DNA of 33,994 nucleotides from a virus (Duplodnaviria; Heunggongvirae; Uroviricota; Caudoviricetes): IMG/VR virus record IMGVR_UViG_2802429242_000009, positions 1 to 33,994 of that record; one strand, 5' to 3'. Shown piece by piece: positions 26,402 to 33,994 of this stretch (position 1 is its first letter; each line of letters starts with the position of its first letter). The notes under the pieces were generated by a model. It saw only the letters and a program-made list of their open reading frames with translations, ran no database searches and was not told where the DNA came from. The position numbers and the translations under genes were made by a program.

Positions 26402-26856
26402 TGATTCAGTTCAAACCAACGCGAAACATCGACCTGATCGAAGCAGTAGGAAATCACCCTGACATTATCGCCGGGAGCAACAACGGTGATGGATACGACT
26501 ACAAACCTGATTGCCGTTACTTTGAGGTGAACGTGCACGGGCAGTTCGGCGGCATTGTTTACTATCAGGAGATTCAGCCGCTGACATTCGATTGCCACGC
26601 CATGTACCTGCCAGAGATTCGCGGCTTCAGCAAGGAAATCGGGCTGGCGTTCTGGCGATACATTCTGACTAACACCACCGTTCAGTGCGTCACATCGTTC
26701 GCTGCACGCAAATTCCGCCACGGGCAGATGTACTGCGCAATGATTGGCCTTAAGCGTGTAGGAACCATCAAGAAATACTTCAAAGGCGTGGATGACGTGA
26801 CGTTTTACAGCGCCACACGCGAAGAACTAATCGACTTCCTGAATCACGGGAGATAG
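26401..26856 (+). CDS. P22 gp14-position protein (tail/ejection accessory)
   Basis: ATG 26401 overlaps the needle stop (TGATG); 151 aa; assigned by conserved gene order. Confidence 0.6.
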   Translation: MIQFKPTRNIDLIEAVGNHPDIIAGSNNGDGYDYKPDCRYFEVNVHGQFGGIVYYQEIQPLTFDCHAMYLPEIRGFSKEIGLAFWRYILTNTTVQCVTSFAARKFRHGQMYCAMIGLKRVGTIKKYFKGVDDVTFYSATREELIDFLNHGR

Positions 26857-26858
26857 CC

Positions 26859-27551
26859 ATGTTATATGCATTTAAGCTGGGCAGAAAACTGCGCGGCGAG
26901 GAACCTTATTGCCCTGAAAAGGGTGGGAAAGGTGGCAGTTCTGATAAAAGCGCAAAGTATGCCGCAGAAGCTCAGAAGTATGCAGCAGACCTGCAAAATC
27001 AGCAGTGGCAGACGATCATGAAAAACCTTGCTCCGTTCACGCCTCTTGCGGAGCAGTATGTTAACCAGTTGCAGAATCTTTCCAGTTTAGAAGGTCAGGG
27101 GCAGGCACTTAATCAGTATTACAACTCTCAGCAGTATAAAGACCTTGCAGGTCAGGCGCGTTACCAGAGTCTTGCTGCTGCGGAGGCGACGGGTGGACTT
27201 GGTTCGACAGCCACAAGCAATCAACTGGCTACGATCGCGCCGACACTCGGTCAGTCTTGGTTATCAAACCAGATGAGCAATTACAACAATCTGGCAAACG
27301 TTGGGCTTGGTGCGCTGCAAGGTCAGGCAAACGCCGGGCAGACGTACGCCAACAACATGAGCAGCATTGCACAGCAAAGCGCAGCTCTTGCCGCTGCTAA
27401 TGCCAACAAACCATCAAGGCTTCAGACAGCAATTAGTGGCGGAACGTCTGGTGCGATTGCCGGTGCAGGTCTTGCCAGCCTTTTGGGAACATCAACACCT
27501 TGGGGCGCTGGCATTGGTGCTGGTATCGGATTGCTTAGCTCGTTGTTTTAA
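26859..27551 (+). CDS. ejection protein (P22 gp7-like)
   Basis: 230 aa, the size of P22 gp7; Gly/Ala/Gln-rich with a hydrophobic C-terminus; conserved position. Confidence 0.65.
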   Translation: MLYAFKLGRKLRGEEPYCPEKGGKGGSSDKSAKYAAEAQKYAADLQNQQWQTIMKNLAPFTPLAEQYVNQLQNLSSLEGQGQALNQYYNSQQYKDLAGQARYQSLAAAEATGGLGSTATSNQLATIAPTLGQSWLSNQMSNYNNLANVGLGALQGQANAGQTYANNMSSIAQQSAALAAANANKPSRLQTAISGGTSGAIAGAGLASLLGTSTPWGAGIGAGIGLLSSLF

Positions 27552-27560
27552 GGGGTAATC

Positions 27561-28856
27561 ATGGCTACTTGGCAAGGATCAAATGGCGGATTGTTAGCTG
27601 GTATCGGCGGCGTCAACTCAAACGCTCCGAGTGTAAATGACATCGGCAATACGCTTCAGCTTATCAGGCAGAACAATGATATTGAGCGTTCAGGCGCTAA
27701 CAATGTTGGGCTTACTGCTTTGCAAGGCCTTTCAGGCATTGCAGGGGTGTTTCAGCAGGAAAAGCAGGCTCAGCGGCAGAAAGAATTTCAGCAGGCGTAC
27801 GCTAATGCTTATGCGTCTGGTGATCGCGGTGCTTTGCGTCAGTTGGCTACTCAATATCCAGACCAGATTGAATCCGTTCGTAAAGGCATGGGATTCATTG
27901 ATGAAGACCAGCGCAGTTCTATCGGCACATTAGCGGCTGGCGCTCGCCTTGCGTCATCATCTCCAGAAGCGATGCAATCATGGCTGCAAAACAACGCCAA
28001 GGAACTGACTCGCGTCGGTGTTGACCCTAACAGCGTTGCTCAGATGTATCAGCAGAACCCTTCAGGATTTGGTGAGTTTGTTGATCACCTTGGGATGGCG
28101 GCTCTCGGTCCGATTGACTACTTCAATGTTCAGGACAAGATGGCTGGTCGTGAGATTGACCGAGGCAGACTGGCAGAGACAATCCGCAGCAATCAGGCAG
28201 GAGAAGCACTAACAGCGCGTGGTCAGGACATCCAGATACGTGGACAGAACATCAGCGCACAGAATGCTGCTCTTTCCCGCGAAATACAAAGAGCAGAATT
28301 ACAAGAAAAGGCTCTGGACAGACAGATAGCCAGAGAAAGCAATCAGTTAAAGCTTGAAGAGCTAAAACAGAAACAGGCAGATGTTCGGCAAAAGGCTGAC
28401 ATAGCCCGCGCTGACAGGCAGGCCGCCGCTCAGGGTGCAGTTGATACGTTCAGCACAGCGCTTGATTCTCTCAACGAGATAGAGCAAAGCCCCGGCCTTT
28501 CAAAAGCAGTAGGAATTCGCTCAGCGTTTCCAACAGTTCCTGGCTCTGATGCGGCTAACTTTGAAGCAAGGCTCGACACCTTTAAAGCTCAAACTTTCCT
28601 TCCTATGGTGCAGTCCCTTAAGGGTATGGGGGCTCTTTCAGATGCTGAGGGTAAAAAATTATCCGATGCGGTTGGTGCCCTAAGCCCCAAAATGAGCGAA
28701 AAGGCTTTTCGTGACTCTATCGGAAAGATTAGAAATCAGCTTGAAAGCAAGTTGAGCACTGTTAAAAAACAGTTTGATTATCAGGAGCCAGTACAGAATA
28801 CGCCAGGACAACAATCTCCTGCTGGCAGTAACTTTTCTTCACTATGGGGTGATTAA
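27561..28856 (+). CDS. ejection protein (P22 gp20-like)
   Basis: 431 aa, AGGGG RBS, conserved position; stop overlaps the next start (TAATG). Confidence 0.65.
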   Translation: MATWQGSNGGLLAGIGGVNSNAPSVNDIGNTLQLIRQNNDIERSGANNVGLTALQGLSGIAGVFQQEKQAQRQKEFQQAYANAYASGDRGALRQLATQYPDQIESVRKGMGFIDEDQRSSIGTLAAGARLASSSPEAMQSWLQNNAKELTRVGVDPNSVAQMYQQNPSGFGEFVDHLGMAALGPIDYFNVQDKMAGREIDRGRLAETIRSNQAGEALTARGQDIQIRGQNISAQNAALSREIQRAELQEKALDRQIARESNQLKLEELKQKQADVRQKADIARADRQAAAQGAVDTFSTALDSLNEIEQSPGLSKAVGIRSAFPTVPGSDAANFEARLDTFKAQTFLPMVQSLKGMGALSDAEGKKLSDAVGALSPKMSEKAFRDSIGKIRNQLESKLSTVKKQFDYQEPVQNTPGQQSPAGSNFSSLWGD

Positions 28857-30853
28857 TGGCTAAAGCATGGAAAGATGTTATCGCCTCTCCACAGTATCAG
28901 GCGTTAGCACCAGAACAAAAAGCGCAGGCTCAGGAGCAATACTTCAATGAAGTCGTGGCCCCGCAAGCCGGAGAAAATGCAGAGCAGGCTAAGCAAGCTT
29001 TCTATGCTGCCTATCCATTGCCATCTGTGCAGCCAGTGGAGACACAACAACCAGTAGCACAGCAACAACCACAGCAAAGTGGATTTATGTCTGATCTTGG
29101 TGAAGCAGTAAAAGAGACTGGTCGTGGACTGGTGCAGGCTGGCGTGAACGTGGCAAACATACCTGCATCAGTTGCCGATGCTGTAACAAGCGCGGCGGCT
29201 TGGGCTGGCGGTAAACTCGGTATTGGCGATGGTACATATCAACCAGCACCACGAGTAACAACGCAGGGATTAGAGCAGGACTTTGGCCTTCAGCAAGGTG
29301 CGCTGACTCCACAAACGACGGAGGGAAGGGTATTTTCTGAAGCATTGCCTTACCTCACTCCTGCTGGCGTTGAGAGAGCGGCGGTACAGGCACCAACACT
29401 TGCTGGTCGAATTGCTCAGGGGGCAACTCGCCTTCTAGCAGAAAACGCAGTTGGATCACTTGCTGCAAATAGTGCGAAAGATGATGCGGAAGCACTCGCC
29501 ACCGATTTAGGCGTTGGTGTGCTGGCTGGCGGTGCTATTAACGCTGCCGGACGTGGATTAGGTGCTGCTTATCGTGGAGTTCGTGGTGCTATTGCGCCAG
29601 AAGCACAGCAAGCTATCAGATTTGCAGAGCGTGAAGGCGTTCCTCTGCACACCACAGACCTGTTACAACCCACTTCCCGCGTCGGAAAAATGGCGCAGAC
29701 TACAGCAGAAAATATCCCTCTGGCTGGCACAAGCGGAATGAGAGCAACGCAACAGGAAGCGAGAAGCCAGTTGGTGCAGAGATTTGCTGATAAATTCGGT
29801 GAGTATGATCCATCTGTTGTTATTGACAGCCTTAAAGCGAAAACATCAGGAATTCGTCGTGCCGCCGGTAATCGACTGGAGCAGGTTCAGAATGCTATGG
29901 CTGGAGTAAACATTCAGCCTGCGCGAGCAATTCAGCAGATTGATACAGAAATATCTAATCTGCAGAAGCTTGGTAAGGTAGCTGATAACGAGACAATTTC
30001 AAAACTTCAGTCATATCGTGATGAGCTTGTTCGCAATGCTGGCCCTGATGGTCCGGTTAATCTGGATTTGAAGCAATTAAGCGATCTGCGCAGCCAGTTC
30101 AGAATGGACGTGAAGGGGGAGCGACCAGTCTTACCAAACCGTTCCGATGCCGCCATTCAACGTGTTTACAAGGCGATGACCGACGATATCAATGGTGCCA
30201 TTGGTCAGAATCTTGGCAACGATACTCTCCGTAAATATCAGCAGGCCAATGCCGTCTACGCTGACGAAGCGGCGAAACTAAAGAATACCAGGCTGAAGAA
30301 TGTTCTCATGAAAGGAGACCTGACGCCGGAAGTTGTCAACAACATGCTATTCAGCAAGAACAAATCGGAAATTAAGACGCTGTATAACTCAGTTGGTCGT
30401 GTTGGCAGGGCGCAAATGCGCAATGGCATCATTGGAAAGGCGATGGAGAAATCTGGCGGATCCCCTGACCAGTTCCTTCGGCAGCTTAACATCCTGCAAA
30501 ACCAGACTGGCATCACATTTAAGGGGCAGGACGCTGCTTATCTGAAAGGATTAAAAAACTACCTGCAATCCACGCAGCAGGCTGCAAAAGCGGCAGTAAC
30601 AACACCCACAGGGCAGCAAACTATCCCGTTCATTATTGGGTATGGGACGGCAATGAACCCGGCGACAACTGGCGCAGCAGTAAGCTACGGACTTCTTACT
30701 CGCGCCTATGAGAGCGAGCCATTCAGAAATGCAATGCTCCGAATGGCAAACACCCCACGCGGATCAACAGCGTTTGAGAAAGCCATGCGGCAGGCGCAAA
30801 AGGCCATTAACGCCCTTACTCAGGGTGCCAAGTCTGATGCGTTGTCAGAATAG
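28856..30853 (+). CDS. ejection protein (P22 gp16-like)
   Basis: 665 aa, last of the three ejection-protein genes before the tailspike. Confidence 0.65.
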   Translation: MAKAWKDVIASPQYQALAPEQKAQAQEQYFNEVVAPQAGENAEQAKQAFYAAYPLPSVQPVETQQPVAQQQPQQSGFMSDLGEAVKETGRGLVQAGVNVANIPASVADAVTSAAAWAGGKLGIGDGTYQPAPRVTTQGLEQDFGLQQGALTPQTTEGRVFSEALPYLTPAGVERAAVQAPTLAGRIAQGATRLLAENAVGSLAANSAKDDAEALATDLGVGVLAGGAINAAGRGLGAAYRGVRGAIAPEAQQAIRFAEREGVPLHTTDLLQPTSRVGKMAQTTAENIPLAGTSGMRATQQEARSQLVQRFADKFGEYDPSVVIDSLKAKTSGIRRAAGNRLEQVQNAMAGVNIQPARAIQQIDTEISNLQKLGKVADNETISKLQSYRDELVRNAGPDGPVNLDLKQLSDLRSQFRMDVKGERPVLPNRSDAAIQRVYKAMTDDINGAIGQNLGNDTLRKYQQANAVYADEAAKLKNTRLKNVLMKGDLTPEVVNNMLFSKNKSEIKTLYNSVGRVGRAQMRNGIIGKAMEKSGGSPDQFLRQLNILQNQTGITFKGQDAAYLKGLKNYLQSTQQAAKAAVTTPTGQQTIPFIIGYGTAMNPATTGAAVSYGLLTRAYESEPFRNAMLRMANTPRGSTAFEKAMRQAQKAINALTQGAKSDALSE

Positions 30854-31017
30854 CTTCGCAAACACCAGGAACGTGCAAAAACCAAATATATAGAGCGCAA
30901 TATTCAACAGATCTCTTTGCATAGACTCATCTCATAATTAACAAATCATAACTGACATTAGTGCAATGCTGGGCAAGTTGCATCTTGTTCGGCATTGCTA
31001 CGTCCGGAGCAAATTAA

Positions 31018-32814
31018 ATGACAGACATTACAGCCAATGTTGTAGTTAGCATGCCTTCGCAACTCTTCACTATGGCGCGTTCTTTTAAAGCGGTTGCCAA
31101 TGGCAAAATTTATATCGGTAAAATTGACGCGGACCCCGTAAATCAAGAAAACCAGATTCAGGTTTATGTGGAGAACGAAGACGGTTCTCATGTTCCTGTT
31201 TCGCAACCAATCATCATTAACGCTGCTGGATATCCGGTATATAACGGACAGATTGCCAAGTTCGTAACTGTACAGAATCACTCCATGGCTGTATATGATG
31301 CGTATGGCGCACAACAATTCTATTATCCTGATCTACTGAAATATTCTCCAGACCAGTTAAGGGCTGAGCTTTCTGGCCCTGATGGCGCATCTCTGGTTGG
31401 TTATGGAGGCACAACCGTAAAGATTGAGCTGGAGATCTTGAAAGCTACACATGATTCATTAATTGATAAAACAGGATTTAACGCTATTGGCCGCTTTCTC
31501 AATCTTTCAGAGCTTCGCTCCTGTGTTCCGGAGGAGGCAGGGCAGATTGTATACGTAGCATCAGCAGCTAGCACTACACATGCTGAAAACCACCTTGGTG
31601 GCGGCTTTTTCGAGTCTGTTGATAACATTCAGGCATGGGCTGATGATGGTGGAATTGTAATCAAGCCAGAAACTGGAACGATGGTATGGAGACGAATTAA
31701 TTTTACCACTTACGACATGCAATTTTGGGGGGTGAAACCTGACGGAGTCACAGATAACGCAACAGCTATAACTCTTGCAACTAACTTTGCCCGCTCAAAC
31801 AAATGCATTCTAGAGGCTCCTGCTGGAAACATAAATACATCAAAAACAATCCCAATTTATGACAATATGGGAATTAGAGGACAGGGAAAGGCTGAAGCGA
31901 CAGTTTTTTATAAAACAACAAATGACAAAATAGATCTCACAAAAAATGGAGAAGTAATTCTTCAGGTGGATGCATTATGTGCTTTTATACCAAAGCAATG
32001 GGATCTAACAGATAACTCAATGAGTTCATTTTGTGTTAACGGTAGAGTTGAAAACTGCATGTTTAGAAGGCTTGGCTTAACACAAGAAAACGTAGATTCT
32101 TATAGAAATTATTACGGACTGTTTTTAGGAAAATCAGCAGCACCAGTTATCAGACAGTCAATTTTTGAATGTGCTTATATCGGATGCTTCTCTTATGTGC
32201 CGTTCTCTGGCGTAATGGAAATGGTCGGTTTCCCACAATATCCAGGGAAAGGATATGCTGGAGTTTTATTTGAAGATTTTAGGGATGGTCAAATAAAAGT
32301 AATAGGCACTTCTATGGATATGCGCCTTGTTCAGGTTAACGGTTACCAGTTGTCATTTAGAATGTCAGGAATGCAATATACCACCATGACCAATTGTACT
32401 GCTGAAAACTGCACGCCAATGGATGGGGAGTCAATTTGCTATGCATTTGATTTTGTAAATCCTTATTGCATTGTCATGAATACTTGTGCAACAGAATTTG
32501 TTAAGGGTGGGCAACTGCGTGTTAGCGTTCAGGGAAACCCATCATTCAGACCATCTATTATTGTCAATGGCTTTCTGCCAATTGATCAACAAAGCCCGGT
32601 AATGCAAACACCTATAATAGATATTGATAATGGTGGCGTAGTTGAAATGAGTGTCATATTAAATGGTGGAGATTGGGCTATAAATCCATCTGCTGCAAAT
32701 TTAACCGTACCAAGAGCAAGCGGTTCTAAGTTGAAGGTAAGGATGATAGGGGTAAATGGGTCTCCGAAATCAATCTGGAACATCTCTGGTAACGCAGATG
32801 TTCAGGAGTTTTGA
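31018..32814 (+). CDS. tailspike protein with divergent receptor-binding domain
   Basis: First ~110 aa ([37 protein letters not shown]...[13 protein letters not shown]) closely match the P22 gp9 head-binding domain; the remaining ~480 aa are unrelated to P22 gp9 and AT-richer. Confidence 0.85.
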   Translation: MTDITANVVVSMPSQLFTMARSFKAVANGKIYIGKIDADPVNQENQIQVYVENEDGSHVPVSQPIIINAAGYPVYNGQIAKFVTVQNHSMAVYDAYGAQQFYYPDLLKYSPDQLRAELSGPDGASLVGYGGTTVKIELEILKATHDSLIDKTGFNAIGRFLNLSELRSCVPEEAGQIVYVASAASTTHAENHLGGGFFESVDNIQAWADDGGIVIKPETGTMVWRRINFTTYDMQFWGVKPDGVTDNATAITLATNFARSNKCILEAPAGNINTSKTIPIYDNMGIRGQGKAEATVFYKTTNDKIDLTKNGEVILQVDALCAFIPKQWDLTDNSMSSFCVNGRVENCMFRRLGLTQENVDSYRNYYGLFLGKSAAPVIRQSIFECAYIGCFSYVPFSGVMEMVGFPQYPGKGYAGVLFEDFRDGQIKVIGTSMDMRLVQVNGYQLSFRMSGMQYTTMTNCTAENCTPMDGESICYAFDFVNPYCIVMNTCATEFVKGGQLRVSVQGNPSFRPSIIVNGFLPIDQQSPVMQTPIIDIDNGGVVEMSVILNGGDWAINPSAANLTVPRASGSKLKVRMIGVNGSPKSIWNISGNADVQEF

Positions 32815-32825
32815 ATTTACAAGTA

Positions 32826-32878
32826 TTGACATAGCTCATAGATGAAACTAACCTGCCAAGATCATTAATGATATTGGC
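32826..32878 (+). promoter_or_regulatory. candidate sigma-70 promoter and operator-like palindrome upstream of the acyltransferase gene
   Basis: -35 TTGACA (32826-32831), 17-nt spacer, -10 TAACCT (32849-32854); 24-bp near-perfect palindrome GCCAAGATCATTAATGATATTGGC (32855-32878, 22/24 symmetric) over the predicted transcript start. Confidence 0.45.
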
Positions 32879-32884
32879 AGTGTT

Positions 32885-33994
32885 ATGACTCAGAAAAACA
32901 AAATTATTCATAGCCTTACATCACTTCGAATGCTTGCGGCTCTTGGTGTATTTGTTAGCCATCTAGGCATTTTGTCTCAGTCTTCGATCTCGCAGTTCAA
33001 TGTTGCGGCAAAATACTTTTTTAATGGTTATATAGGGGTTACTTTCTTCTATATTCTTTCCGGATTTATTATTAATTACAGCTTTAGTAAGCATATGGAA
33101 GAAGGTAAATTTAGCAACAAGGACTTCATAGTTTACAGACTCGCGAGATTATTTCCTGTTCATATTATATCATTGATATGTGTCCTTTTTATATTTGGCT
33201 ATACAAAAAACTTTGAGGCTATAAATAAAGAGTCATTAATATATAATGCGCTATTGGTTCAATCATTTATCCCTATCTCAGATTACTATTTTTCTTTTAA
33301 CCCCGTATCATGGAGTATCTCGTGTGAGATGTTTTTTTATTTATCTTTTTGTCTTCTTGTAAAGTTTAAGTCACGATATCTAACAAGTACTCTTTTGGTA
33401 ATTGTTATTGTTAATTTATTTTTTTTATTGAACCCACCAGTTAATATTTCATCACACTGGCTGTTTTATATAAATCCATTTTTCAGGATTGGCGATTTTA
33501 TTATTGGTGTATTAATCAGTAGAGTGTTTCTTGCTAAAAAAGTAAATATAAAACCTGCGATATGTAGTGCCATGGAGATTGGCTCTCTGTTTTTTTTGGC
33601 GTTTACCGTATATGTAGCAACAAATTATGTTTCGTACATGAATATAAAATATGATCTTCTTTATATCCCATGTATGGCTATGATAGTAATAGCGTTTGCA
33701 TTTGATGGCGGGGTGATTTCTAAATTTTTATCTAACAGATATCTAATTCTATTAGGAGAGGCATCCTTCTCATTTTACATGTTCCACTGGATCATAATTT
33801 CTAAGCTAATGGAAATAATGCAACCAAACAAAAATGATGTACGTGATGTTATATTTTATATAGTTTGCTGTCTGGGTATTTCTATATTTTTCTCTATTAT
33901 ATCATTTAAATTAATTGAGATGCCGGCAAATAAAATAATAAGAAATGCATGGGCAAAGATGAACTTGAAATTAAGCACAAGAAGAAGTCTTTAA
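32885..33994 (+). CDS. acyltransferase family-3 integral membrane protein (candidate O-antigen acetyltransferase)
   Basis: 369-aa polytopic membrane protein with acyltransferase-3 features (N-terminal SLRMLAALGVFVSHL); very AT-rich; immediately downstream of the tailspike as in Sf6-type phages. Stop codon is the last three bases of the window. Confidence 0.75.
   Translation: MTQKNKIIHSLTSLRMLAALGVFVSHLGILSQSSISQFNVAAKYFFNGYIGVTFFYILSGFIINYSFSKHMEEGKFSNKDFIVYRLARLFPVHIISLICVLFIFGYTKNFEAINKESLIYNALLVQSFIPISDYYFSFNPVSWSISCEMFFYLSFCLLVKFKSRYLTSTLLVIVIVNLFFLLNPPVNISSHWLFYINPFFRIGDFIIGVLISRVFLAKKVNIKPAICSAMEIGSLFFLAFTVYVATNYVSYMNIKYDLLYIPCMAMIVIAFAFDGGVISKFLSNRYLILLGEASFSFYMFHWIIISKLMEIMQPNKNDVRDVIFYIVCCLGISIFFSIISFKLIEMPANKIIRNAWAKMNLKLSTRRSL

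Noticed and set aside
1..33994. Integrase, attachment site, transposase or IS element
   Set aside because: No tyrosine or serine recombinase-like ORF and no IS-type terminal inverted repeats were recognised. The window starts inside the early-left operon and ends at the acyltransferase stop codon, so the integration module probably lies outside it.

Overview
This window is most of a lambdoid, P22-like temperate phage or prophage from an enterobacterial host, in canonical order. Everything below is read from the sequence and from recalled protein families; no database search was run. Positions 1-5873 (minus strand) hold the pL operon: Ead/Ea22-like, Lar-like, HNH endonuclease, SSB, a single-strand annealing recombinase, small arf/kil/cIII-position genes, two AT-rich accessory genes, and a lambda-like N. 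Positions 6204-7731 are a P22-type immunity region (C2 repressor, Cro, C1) with matching nutL/nutR sites and P22-type operators. Then come replication (O-like initiator with internal iterons, DnaB-type helicase), a nin region (NinB/E/X/F, Rha-KilAC protein, YbcO-like, RusA, NinH), Q, a terminator, two tRNAs, and a phage-21-type lysis cassette (pinholin, SAR endolysin, Rz with embedded Rz1). The late region has a KilA-N gene, a 735-bp largely non-coding tract with a G10 run, then terminase, portal, scaffold, coat, gp4/gp10/needle, ejection proteins and a tailspike with a divergent receptor-binding part, ending in a very AT-rich O-antigen acyltransferase gene. No integrase, att site, CRISPR array or rRNA is present. 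The best candidates for undescribed biology are the AT-rich two-gene cassette downstream of N, the structured non-coding tract between lysis and packaging genes, and the tailspike/acyltransferase pair. Several ORF-track starts are GTG/TTG; I moved them to the nearest ATG with a ribosome-binding site where noted.
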